From positions 434,001 to 498,000 of the forward strand of contig JAHLTZ010000003.1 of the NCBI GenBank assembly GCA_025786725.1: a stretch of DNA of 64,000 nt, given 5' to 3'. This document shows positions 1 through 12,444 of the stretch, in pieces. Below the pieces are notes generated by a model. It made no database searches. It saw only the letters and a list, made by a program, of their open reading frames with translations, and was not told the DNA's origin. The translations under genes were made by a program, and so were the position numbers. The stretch comes from Syncephalis fuscata S228. Lineage: Eukaryota > Fungi > Zoopagomycota. How positions within the stretch are numbered: position 1 is the stretch's first letter; each line of letters starts with the position of its first letter.

Positions 1-802
1 ACCCAAAACAGTGGACTATTATGGTGTTAGCTTAGAAATAAGGTGTTGCTGTTCATTGCGACTTACTCATTTGGGCTTGTCATGCTGCCCATATCGCCGC
101 CAATGCCCATGTGGACAACGCCATGGGGTGGTCCTTCCATTGAGTTCCAGAATCCTTCAAACGTATTCTCATCCTGTTGAATGCTTAACAATGCTTCGGG
201 GGCATAAAGTGCAGCAATATCGGCCTTTTCGTTAAATGATCGCTGTAAGCAGCGACGTTCTGGCACAAATACCGACCAGTTGGCAAATCGGCCATTGGAT
301 ACACAATTGTCATCGCCTTCGCCGTTACCACCGTACATTTCATCACTGAAAATAGGTGACTGTTCTGGTGATTGTGAATCAAGTGACCAATCCTATACAA
401 ATATGATATTATTGTTATTATTGCTATTGGTTATGTAACAAAGCATTTTCTTACCCAATAAGGAAGTGAAACGCTAGAATCCACTCTTTGTAGAGCAAGT
501 TCAAAATCACGAATAAATTTACGATGCCATGGCAGAAAACTTGGGACGCCATGGGCAATATCCGTGTTGTCTAAGTGTACCTGTACAAAACGGTCATAGA
601 TCGATAGATCGCCATCTCGACGACGTTTTAGCTCAAGAACCGCGTTGAAAAATCGATCCTGGTCACCACGAGATAGCTTGCGAATCTCTCGTCGAATACT
701 AGGACGCATACACGTTTGCGCGTCGACTTGTGACGAAATGATTGTGGCCATCAGTAGGCACACGGACGCAAGTCGTCCAAACCACTGCAAATCACTCAGC
801 AT
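1..802 (-). CDS. Secreted tyrosinase/catechol oxidase-like di-copper protein (TYR1), 3' end runs off the window; exons 802-455, 392-67, 15-<1
   Basis: Signal peptide (..SSQVDA-QTC). CuA HLDNTDIAHGVPSFLPWH, then PYW|DW, GGNG, CuB MEGPPHGVVH..SPND|PLFW. GT-AG introns at 454-393 and 66-16. Confidence 0.92.
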
Positions 803-2203
803 GTTGGTATGCTTATTTCTAATCCGTTCTACAAAATTGTCACAGGACTGCTTTACAATGCTTTACAAATACCCCGGCTGGGCTCCGCAAGTTTTTACCG
901 GTAATTTAATACGTGTATTCGCACAAGTAGCTGTAATGTAATGGCTGGATAAAGGATTCCCTACAAGCTAAACGAGTGTTGCGAAATGCTAAAATGGAAA
1001 TGCAATGATATTCTTGTGTGCTCGAGTAGTAGAATGACGAGCAGTTGCTCATTTGAACAAAAATGATCAGTGCTTTCGGTAGGGGATGAAGGGGCTGCAT
1101 GTCTACGCGGCAGGTGCACGATACAGTGAGCGTCATAGATTCTACGTGTACTGGGGTTTTTATCGCTAATGGATATCGGTAGTAGTTTTACTCTGTGAAA
1201 ATGCTCAACTATTTGTTCTTTCAGGGGCTGATACGGCTAAAAAGGAGAAGCCACCAATTTATTATAGATTAACGTAATCCGACAGTGTTTAAGGACGCGA
1301 TAAACAAACAAACTAAGGAGAAAGGAGAAGATTTGAAAAAAGGAGCACGATCTCCTGGAAACATTGGATATAAACCGACTAAATATAACTCGCTCCGACA
1401 GATAATACATCTGTTATATTTAAACGTGTATATTTGAATTACAGAACTTGATACGATCGGGCCATCGCCACCATCAGTATGATTACCAACACATAAATCC
1501 AATTTAATATTTTATAATACTTAATCGAATACCAAAAAAAAAATTATTTAATGATGATGGTAAAAATGCATTACTTATAAATAAAATGGTTTCCATAACT
1601 AAATTACATTTTTATAATTATTTTCTTTAAAATTGTAACTAGTAGCCGATATATTTAATGATACATAATTATGAAGCATAATTTAATGTAAATAGATTTA
1701 CATTAAATTAGTTGGTAATAAAGTTTAGTATTGATGTACACAGCCTGTGGCTATAACTACTGGCTATATGTACAATTAAAATGGCACCAGTAAACAGTTT
1801 CAACGCAGTGTCGATCATACTCTACTATCGTTTATGCATACTGGTGATCTTTCCGTTGACCAAGTCTTTTTGTATAATAAACTGGACCATTCACATGGTA
1901 AATCCCAAACACCGCAACTGAAACTTTATAATATACCATCCGCGTGTTGTATATCATTAGGCATTGAAGGGGCAGCATGATGCACGTGAATGCATTTAAT
2001 TGTTTAGCTGCTGCATTGCAACGAGGCTTTTTTTGCAATACTCTACATTGAATGGCTATTGATATTTAGTTGAAGCAATATAAAGGAACATTTGCACAAA
2101 ATACAAAAAGTGTTACAGATTATTAGTAGCTAACGTTTATTAATTCTAAACAATTCTTTTTCGATATCAATTATACTGAATTTATCAATCATAAAATATT
2201 ACA

Positions 2204-3874
2204 ATGCGTGGAACAAATAGGCTAGCACTGTCGCTAGCTATCGTGATTGTTGGTGCTTTCCATACTTATACTAATGTTGTATACTGTCTACAAGCTTGTA
2301 AACAAATACGACAAAGACAGGAAATTCGCACATTAACGCAAGGGCAGCGAAATAGTTTTTTTAACGCTATCCGCCAGTTACAATCAGGTGCTAAACCAAC
2401 CAATTATGACAGGTAAGTGTATTGCCAATAGTTGGAATTCATAATTAATCGATGTCTTTTGTAATACGCTTTTAAATACAGATTTGTCGAAAAACATTAC
2501 CAGGCGCGTATTTCGGCCCATGGGTGGCCATGGTTTCTTACCTGGCATCGGGTATTTATTCGTGACTTTGAACAAAGTCTTCAAACTATTGACGACAACG
2601 TCATGCTTCCTTACTGGGTAATTATTTGGCATAAGTATAATCAACACACGCGTTTAAAGTCTTTATTTCTTATTTAGGATTGGTCTTATGACTCTCAAGC
2701 ACCTGAAATGTCGCCGATATTTAAAAACAACTGGTTCGGTGGTAATGGACGTCCTAGTGATAACTGTGTTGTTGACGGGCAATTTGCCTCGTGGCAGCCT
2801 TCTTATCCAAATGTTCATTGTCTGCGTCGCAAATGGGACCAAGGAAGCGCTATTAGCGCGTTTCACTCTCCAGAGACCATCAAGGCAATTGCTCACAACT
2901 CGACGGGGTTCGACCAGTTTCGCAAACAGCTTGAAGCGCCGACACATGGCCAGGTACACAATAATATAGGTGGAGATATGCCATCGATGTACAGTCCAAA
3001 TGAGTATGTGTGAAATAGTAGCTGCAATAATGAAACAAATACACGTATCCGGCTAACTTGCTTTATTAGTCCGCTATTCTGGGTGCACCATGCTTTTATT
3101 GATAAAACCTGGTATGAATGGCAGCGATTACGACCCGAGAATGCTAAATCCTACGGGGGCCGTAATGCAGATAACACACCAGCCAATATTAATGATCGTC
3201 TCACACCTTATCCGTTGAAGGTTGCGGATGTACTTGATACGCGCAATCTTTGCTATACCTACGCTCCATTCCGTGATACTCCAGTTCACCGGCGACGACG
3301 TGGCCTTGTATCGGATTTGCAGGCTACAGCCTATTCGGCCACCGGCACCAATCCTATTAATATGGCTGAAGTCGATGGCCTTAAACTACCCGAAGTGATT
3401 ACCAAAGCACTACCGATTAGTGTGGCCGGCATCCTGGATACACCTTCGTTTGACGATCGCTCAGAAATAATGGCACTACGGGACTGCAAGCCATTACCTG
3501 AACCATGGCTTCAAATGAATGGCTTAAACGTCACCCAGGTACGACATACCGAAACGATGATCCGTGGCGTGGTAAAACGGATCAATCTGCTGCCCGACTA
3601 CATTTCGCCGGTATCGCTTATTGCGCAACCGCGGCTACTTGGTGCACTCGCTGCTCGAAACCACACGTTTACAGCGACAAAAGGAGATCGGCAATGGGTA
3701 GTGACGGTTGCTACGGATGCCTTGGGGAAGGCCGATGTGGTAGGCACTGTCGCCAAGGTGCGCGAATTGCTTGGTTTGCGGCAGTTGACACAGGGCAAAA
3801 GTACGCTTAATGGGTTGACAGGACTTATAGGCGCCGATGGAACTAGCCAGCTTATAAGTAACTATGGAATATAA
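2204..3874 (+). CDS. Secreted tyrosinase-like protein (TYR2); exons 2204-2412, 2482-2617, 2678-3003, 3070-3874
   Basis: Signal peptide. CuA HYQARISAHGWPWFLTWH, CuB LEAPTHGQVH..DPLFWVHHAFID, LCYTY, RRRR site, C-terminal module. Three GT-AG introns restore the frame. Confidence 0.93.
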
Positions 3875-4174
3875 ATATATCATTAGAACTATTATATATC
3901 ATTAAGAATAGTGACAAAATATGAAATGTAATATATGCGTGTGTACTTGATTCAGTAACAAGTAATGATGACATAGTTTAATTAGTTAATTAGTTATTTA
4001 ATTATCTAGTTACTATATGGTAATCATGGTTTATTAGATGACGCAAACTAGCAATGTTGGTTAATGAACATAAATATAAGTAATAAAAAAGTTAGAGCTA
4101 TTTACTTTGTTAATGGTAGTCCGACTTTTTGTTAATAATAGAAGTGCTTAATTGAATTATTAGCTTTATACATC

Positions 4175-5663
4175 ATGTATCCATCTAAGGTTTTATCTAT
4201 CGGTATTATAAGTCATTTTTTATCTCTTGTTTAGTATTATTCTGTGTCAAGCTGGCAATAGCAGAGAGATGTAATAGTATTCGAGAACGACCCGAAATTC
4301 ATACAATGAGCTTAAAGCAGCGCAACGATTTCTTTCAAGCCATAAGAACATTAAAAAAAGGAGCACGGCCATCAATTTATGATAGGTACAAACTGCTTAT
4401 TGGTGTTTTTGAATACTCATTGATTTGCATAGGTATGCCAAAATGCACTATGACCATCGAAATATTGGCCATAATTCACCGCAGTTTTTCCCGTGGCACA
4501 GAGCATTTCTTCGAGAGTTTGAAAAAGAGTTGCAAAACGTTAATCCGACCGTTATGCTTCCTTATTGGGTAAGAATGGATGCAATGACGATCAAAAACAG
4601 AGGACTATAACAACAACAACGTGATTATAGGATTGGTCTGGTGATTCTCAAGCGCCGGAATTATCAAGAGTATTTTCTGCTGATATGTTTGGTGGCAATG
4701 GGCGTGATGACGACTCTTGCGTCGTTGATGGTCAGTTTGCCAATTGGCAAATTATTTATCCAACACGCCGATGCCTTAGCCGAAGCTTTGACCAAGGCAA
4801 TCAAATGTCGGCTTTTTCGTCACCCGAGGTCATTAAAGCATTGCAGAACTCTGCAACCAACTATGATCGATTCCGTCAGTTACTCGAAGTAAAGCCTCAT
4901 GCACAGATTCATAATGCAATTGGTGGCGATTTTCAAACAATGTACACGGCAAATGAGTAAGTATTATGCAACCAGCAAGCAAATCTAGCTTTTAATTTAT
5001 TTTTACTAGTCCATTGTTTTGGCTGCATCACGGTTTTATAGACAAAATATGGGCTGATTGGCAAAAAATACGTAAATCAAATGCCCGCTCTTACGGTGGT
5101 CAAGATGCTAATGGCGTATCGGCTCGAACACAAGACAGTATTACTCCGTTTAACTATCGGGTTAGCGAAGTGCTTGATACGCGCGAGCTTTGTTATGAAT
5201 ATGGTCAATCGTTTCTGAGCCGCCATAATGAAGAACGTACAAAAGCTATAGCCAATCTTCCGCTACCATCTACGCCGCGTAATGTGGCCGTCTGTGTAGG
5301 ACTCGAAATCTTGGGACAGCAAAATATATCGACAATGGCTTTGCCAGAATCAAGCGATCGGTCCGAGCTTGTTGCGCTACGAGATACGGCGCCGATACCT
5401 GACGAGTATATTGCAATGAATCATTTTAAGAAAAGACCGTTTTAGAAGCGGAAAAGCTTGTGCGATTTTTTACTCGACAAACTAACGCTAATTCAAATTA
5501 CATCTCACCAGCAGCACTGCTTAAACGGCCTGAGTTGCTTGAAAAAATAGCGCAGACTCACGACGTGCTATCGATCACCACCGGAACTACACAAACCTTT
5601 TTTAGATCTAGTGATATTTTTGAACAAAAAGCAACTAGTAATCGACTTTCAGATTGTACATAA
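4175..5663 (+). CDS. Secreted tyrosinase-like protein (TYR3) with two frameshifts (~4190, ~5434); introns 4386-4432, 4569-4630, 4957-5009
   Basis: Cu[19 protein letters not shown], Cu[23 protein letters not shown]. The C-terminal module is split across two frames. The ATG at 4175 is out of frame with the downstream hydrophobic signal segment. Assembly error or young pseudogene. Confidence 0.8.
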
Positions 5664-6370
5664 ATAGCAATCCCTTTCTTTGTTCCTGCGTATATTGCTG
5701 CTCTTTCTATGTATAAATAAATAAGGCTTGGCTAACTTGAATTCTCTAGTTGTTACACTAATGCGTACTGACAACATGCCAGCTTATCTTTCGCGCTGCC
5801 TAGTCGAAAATAGTATGAATGAAGACTGCATGTCTATGATATTTATAGAAAGATCCAATGGCAGGAGGTGCACGTGGCAAAATGGTGCATATCATTGAAC
5901 TGACCATAGTCGAGATTGCTTATTATGTAGAAGGCAGATTCGGCCATTTGTTACAGGTATTCCATTAGCGTGTGCGTAAATCACTCACACGGCGGCTGTG
6001 CCCTTCCATGATTTGTCCAGCCAATGGCCTATGTCTACAATACCCGTTACTGCACCTACGATTTGTCGACTGATGTAGGCCAACCAGTGTTTATCCAGTG
6101 GAACTAAGCACACGGTGTAGATGCGGAGTTATTTTCCACAACAATAAACAGCGCATGACGGCAGCTAATCCGCCTTTGGCATATGAATGCGGCACAATTA
6201 CTATAAATTCCAGCTCCTGCTTGGACCAAAACCATTTGTGATTTAATCATCGTAATTTATTCCTCTTTGTTATTTTGAAATTTTCGCTATAGTCTACTGT
6301 CCATTGAATATATAGTACCATAATATTGTCACATCTTTTTTAAATACAGACTGTTTAATTAAACGTTGCT

Positions 6371-7875
6371 ATGTGGAAAATTCTTTTATTAGTGACGGGC
6401 ATTGTAGAACTAGCCGTTCTTCCGTCCGATGTTGCCGGACAACGGTCGTGTTCTATCGGAGTACGACAGAGTGTTACAGATCTTTCGGAAGGAGACCGTA
6501 ATGCTTTTTTCAATGCTATTCATCAACTGCAGCAAGGTAGTCGGCCTAATCGATACGATGAGTAAGCAAAAACATTCAAAGCAATTTTATAGCATTTTAT
6601 TGATCAAGTAATAATAGATTTTCAAGAAAACATATAGCTGCAGCAATTCCAGCACACAATAATCCCAAGTTTTTGCCATGGCATCGTGCGCTAGTTTTTG
6701 AGTTTGAAAGAGCTCTACAAAGCGTTAGCCCCGGAATGATGGCTCATTATTGGGTAGGACAACAAGTGGATTATCACTGATGACAATTAACTTATATACT
6801 GCATTATTCTTATTATAGGAATGGTCTAGCGATTCACAAGCACCTGAGAATTCCCCTGTCCTTAGATGGCTCGGTGGCAATGGACGACAAGGCGATAACT
6901 GTGTTTTGACCGGTGAATTTGGCAGCTGGAGGCCATACTATCCAAATGGTTCGCCACATTGCATGAGTCGCAAATATAACAATGGCGACAGAATTACACC
7001 ATTTTCTAGTCCAGGCCAACTCAACAGATTGTTTGCTTATACTGATTACGACCAATTTCGTGCAGAATTTGAAGGTGTCGATCATGCGCAGATTCATAAC
7101 AATATTGCTGCGGAATTCTCGACTATGGCCAGCCCAAACGAGTATGTTGCCTGATACTTGAATAGCAATCATACTAATATAAACTGCTGTTTCTAGTCCA
7201 CTTTTTTGGATGCACCACTCTTTTGTTGACAAGGTCTGGGCACAATGGCAAAGCAGAGGCAATAATCGTGGAAAATATGCTGGCGGTCCAGCGCAACTTA
7301 GGGAAACTCTTGCAGAGCTTCCTGGCCATACAGTTGAGTCCGTGCTAGATATCAGTAATCTGTGCTACACCTATTCAAAGTTTGGATCTACTGGCCAGTT
7401 ATCTCGTCGTGACAGCAACGACGAAGGCCTTGACACTAACACTGGTACCACGAGATCAAAAGTCCGCAGAAATCTATTGGATATTATCTCTATGCATACT
7501 ATTACACTTGCTGAAGAAATATCACTGGTACCGGTTGCCGACCGATCTGAACTGTATAAACTACGAGATATTCATCCTGTTTCTGAAAAATATATTCGTA
7601 TGCATCACGCTGACGTTGCAACAATTCGTCGATATGAAGAAAAGGCACGTGAAGTTACACGCAAGCTTAATAGAACACCAGGCTATGTATCGTCGGCTGC
7701 TCTTATCAATCATCCAGAATTGCTTGAACCGCTTGTATCAAAGCAATCGACCTTTACTGCTACGCATGGCAAGAAGCAATGTGTGTTTGAAATGCCAAAA
7801 GGTGAAAAAGATCAAAGCATGGTGGATGCTTTGATTAGTAAGGCTAAGCTGTCGCTCAGTATAGAGCTCAGATAA
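6371..7875 (+). CDS. Secreted tyrosinase-like protein (TYR4); exons 6371-6561, 6618-6753, 6819-7141, 7197-7875
   Basis: Signal peptide. CuA HIAAAIPAHNNPKFLPWH, CuB FEGVDHAQIH..DPLFWMHHSFVD, LCYTY, SRRD site, C-terminal module. Confidence 0.92.
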
Positions 7876-9160
7876 AGCTTAAGCATATCATGCCAATAAT
7901 TGGGCATTTTTACTTGGTCCACATTTAACAATATATTATAATAACTGGATCAGTTTTTTGCATACAATTATATGATCAAATAAATTGTTTACTAAATATT
8001 GTAGTTTTTCTACTTAAATATTATTGCTGTCGCGTCATAAGGTTTGGCAAAGCAAGTTAGCAATGTGTATAAAAAATACAAAACGGCATATAATTTATGT
8101 GAGGTGAATGGTTTTTTAACATTAAGTTCAATAAGCTTTACCATAGGTGTAAAGTGATGGGAAAATCAGATAATTTTGTTACCATATTTGGCAATAGAAT
8201 TAAGTAATTAGCTTATAGCTTATTTTTAATTTTTTATCCAATAAAATATGTGATTAACACTAGTGTTAAACAGTTCATCGATAGTTAATTAATAAAAATA
8301 CAAAATAATACTTAATGAAATGTGTAAAATCTACACTGATTAAATTTTTGACGATAGTTATATCAAAATATAGTACTTGTAATTGTATTTGCCCCTTTAT
8401 TATAATTAGCTATGAGCTGAAGCGCTGCTATCGCATGACATTACCATACACTCAACAAGAAATGTACGCTATACAACTGTGTATTTTTAAATATCGATCC
8501 ATGCGGAACAACTATTTTTATCTTCAGTACAAGCGATTATCAGCATGCGCAATCCCCTACTTTAATACTACGCGTGCAACTGCTTTGTGCTGCGTACACT
8601 GTTCGGCAGTTTCAGTGAAAATGTTTTGTATTTATCTCACGCATGGTCGATGCATGCATATCACCGAATGTTAGTGGTGTTTTTAACAGCAACTAGCCGA
8701 GCCATCACGCTATTGGCACGCGCATGTCATGACCATAAGTCTTCCACACTCTCCTTTTATGCGCGTATTGAGGCCGGCTAAGTGCAAATTCTCACCTTTG
8801 CAGCCAGAAATATGGAGATCTATTTGAAGGTACATTGCTGTCGTTGACAAGCATGCTTCCATTTACCGAATGCTCGGTAATTCAAGCTGAAGGATGATGT
8901 GAATTTATCACGGAGACCACGCTGATTATCTCCTTCCTTTGAATGATCCGCCATAGAGATGCAGCGCAGCTCAAATGCTATATAGCTGACGCATTTCTAA
9001 CCCATCCTGATATTGTCTCATCCGCTACCATCTGTCTTATCTGTCTAATACTTGGCTTATTACATGTTTTATTGCCGCCAGCTGGTCTAGTGCAACTGCA
9101 AACAAGTACATTTTAATCTAAACGCATTTGTAGCTTTTCATTTATTTTCAACCTTGCAAC

Positions 9161-11001
9161 ATGGCAAAACTTTATGGCATTCTACTTGCCACCGCAATTA
9201 CTCTACTCCAACTTGGTTCGTCGGCCGATGGTCAATTAACAAGATGTCCACAAATCGTGACACGACGCGAGATTCGTTCTTTAAGCGATCAGCAACGAGC
9301 CAATTATTGGAATGCAATTAAACAACTGCAATCGGGCAAACAGCCAACTCAATGGGATAAGTAAGTTAATTGTATTTGTTATACGCAATAGTTTTGTATT
9401 TATTAACTTATTATTATCATTATTATTATTATAACACAATTAGCTTCGCATCTCAACACTGGAATGTTCGAAGCACTGCCCATGGATTCCCGCAATTCTT
9501 TCCCTGGCATCGCGCATATCTTCGTCAAATCGAACTAACATTACAAAAAATCGATTCATCCATCGTTATACCTTATTGGGACTGGTCGCTAGATTCGCAA
9601 GCACCTGAAAAGTCGCCCATCTTTCAAGCTACCTGGTATGGTGGCAATGGCCGGTCAAGCGATAACTGTGTTACAGATGGCCAATTTGCCAACTACCGCC
9701 CATACTACCCTCAACCCCACTGTCTTCAACGCCAATTCGACTCTGCTCCCGTAATGTCGGCTTTCTACTCGCCCGAAATGCTTGTGGCCATCCGGGAGAA
9801 TGCAAAAAACTATCAAGATTACTGCAACCAAATTGAGGTCCCACCACATGGCCAGGTCCATGTAAACATTGGCGGTGACATGCTTACTATGTACAGTCCC
9901 AATGATCCTATTTTTATTTTGCATCACACGTTTATCGACAAATTATGGTCAGATTGGCAAGCAATGTCGGCTAAAAATGCACGTGATTACGGCGGCACGA
10001 ACGCAAATGGAAGGCCAGCAGTGGTCACCGACGTTCTTGCACCTTGGACTTATACAGTCAACGACGTTCTCGACACACGTAATCTTTGCTATGTATATGA
10101 ATCGTTGACAACAACGCCTCCAGCACCTGCTCCTGTGCCACAACCTGCTCCTGTGCCTGCTCCTGTGCCACGTCCGGTGCCAGCACCACAACCTGTGCCT
10201 GCTCCTGTGCCACGTCCGGTGCCAGCGCCACAACCTGTGCCTGTGCCTGCTCCTGTGCCACGTCCGGTGCCAGCACCACAACCTGTGCCTGCTCCTGTGC
10301 CACGTCCAGTGCCACCACAACCTGTGCCTGTGCCTGCTCCTGTGCCACGTCCGGTGCCAGTGCCTGCTCCTGTACCACGTCCGGTGCCAGCGCCAGCACC
10401 AACGCCAAGTTCAGAAAATCCATGGAATTCATGGTTTAACAGATTCCAGCCAAATCGCTGGCGCTTCTGGAGACGTGCCGATGAACCAGCTGTTGACGCT
10501 GCATCACCTTCATCCAACAGCCCTGTTGTAGTGACCCAGCCAATTACCACATCTAATACATCTTTATTGCTGCCATCCGCCACTGATCGTACCAACTTGG
10601 TTGCTCTTCGTGCTTGTAATCCTTTGCCAGACCAATGGATTATGATGAATAACCACCAAGTAGCAGCGGTTCGCGCCCTTGAACAAACACTTCGAACACT
10701 AACAATCAATCTTAATCAGCACAGCTCGTATATTTCCCCGGCATCGTTAATTAATCGTGGTGACTTGTTGGCCCGTCTTTCAAGCACTACAAAGCAATTT
10801 GTTGCTAGCAAATCTGGCGTTAAAGTCAACGTTTCAGTCAAACAAAACGTCAGTGGTCTTTCGGTGGCACAAGCCATCTATTCAGAAGTCTACCGTCAAA
10901 TGAACTCGCTTCCACGCATGAGTAATTCGGCACAAGCGCTGCAAAATGCGCGCAGTGTTGTTGGCAAAGGCGCATATCAAAATGTTGCACCTCCATCATA
11001 A
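9161..11001 (+). CDS. Secreted tyrosinase-like protein with proline-rich linker (TYR5); exons 9161-9360, 9444-11001
   Basis: Signal peptide. CuA HWNVRSTAHGFPQFFPWH, CuB IEVPPHGQVH..DPIFILHHTFID, then a (PVPAPVPR)n linker and the C-terminal module. One intron. Confidence 0.93.
10117..10405 (+). repeat. Coding minisatellite (~42-48 bp unit, QPVPAPVPRPVPAP) in TYR5
   Basis: Repeated caacctgtgcctgctcctgtgccacgtccggtgccagcacca with variants, about six copies. Confidence 0.9.
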
Positions 11002-11391
11002 TACGGCTAAAAATATCTTTTATCGTATTGTCGTTGAATATTCCGTCATAAAATGAACCGACTAGTATTCACTGGTTCACTTTAGCATACCGAATAAAGA
11101 TCGTTATTAAACTATGGATATTGTGCGGGCGTGATGTCTTTGAATGCTAAAAGTGCTGCATACTATTTAGTTGCTTAACTTTTATTGTTATATTGTTATG
11201 TTTATTCTGTTTATTGTTATTAAAATAATATTTTTGTGCAAATAATAGCATATTATAAGCAGTTGCAGTTGGCGCAAATAATTACTCTATTCGCTTAACA
11301 GGCATCATAGTGATTGATTTAGTTAACTGCTATTTATTTACGGTTATCACAATAATTTCAAATATTTTATTAGCAACAATTCAGTGTTTTG

Positions 11392-11720
11392 TTTTGGTGG
11401 TCAAATGACTATATTAACTATTCACATTTTTAAATTAACTATTCTTTCTATTGAACATAAAACTAAGAGTAATTTACATTAGGGCTTAACACACTCATCA
11501 TTGTAGATTTATTATTCAATATGCATACAGTTAGTACACATATGTACTCTATTCATTTATATTATTATATACTATTTTATTATATGTAGCTACAATCTAT
11601 TTGAAACTATTATTTGTTTATTGCTAGCTCTGTCTGTTATAAACTTCAATGTACTTCAGTTTATTTCTCTCATTGCATTACTTATACAAAAATTTGTTCA
11701 CTACTGTTCATCATTTTTAT
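11392..11720. repeat. Degenerate partial copy of the repeat element at 24375-25300
   Basis: Shares ttggtggtcaaatgactatat, tctattgaacat, actcatcat..tagatt and agtacacatat...ctctattca in the same order as 24455-24625. Confidence 0.65.
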
Positions 11721-12444
11721 TGAATAATAATATGTAGTACGGATATAGCATGATCCAACGAGTAATCGATGCATGTTTTTTTTTATAAATAAAATGTATT
11801 ATTATAAGCCGAGTAATTGCTTAGTAATATAATGTATATAATAATTGTATATCACTTATTGTAAAAAAGCTATAGAATTATTTATAACTACTTAAACATA
11901 AGAGCTAAGTATAGACGTATTAAAAATAGGATCAGCTGCCATACTGGCCATTATGTGTGTAATGATCGGCGTGGTACAGCATGGCAATGGCCAGCTAATT
12001 GTCCCTTTTACGTGCGAGTACAACACGGAAGGCTATAATAAAGCTGGTTAAAATAGATATTTCGTCACCAATTAATTAGATAAATTTACGTCTAAAATTT
12101 AAACAATGCCAACATGCATGTACAAGGCCATTGGATTTAGAATTTGCAGCTCTACTGTGCCGCTAATGTTTTTACGGTAAGTTGTGCATAATTCGCGCAC
12201 GAGTTTTCCACGGCCTTTGTACAACGTGATTGGGATTACAAAGTAAAATAAATAGTGACAGTCCAGTATACAAATTTCACAGTCTCATTCATACGCTGTC
12301 TATTCCACAATTCATCCATTGCATACTGTTCATTTTCTTTATTCAATAACATTTCTATTGCATTTACCGCATCTTGTTTATAAGCAAAATCGAACAATTA
12401 TACTACTCATTCAGCATTAGCCAATCAATCTGCATTACTTCAAC

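Noticed and set aside
9949-10709. Antisense ORFs with striking repeats (WHRTWHRSRHR, GTGAGTGC, APDVAQEQAQ)
   Set aside because: They are reverse-frame shadows of the TYR5 proline-coding minisatellite.
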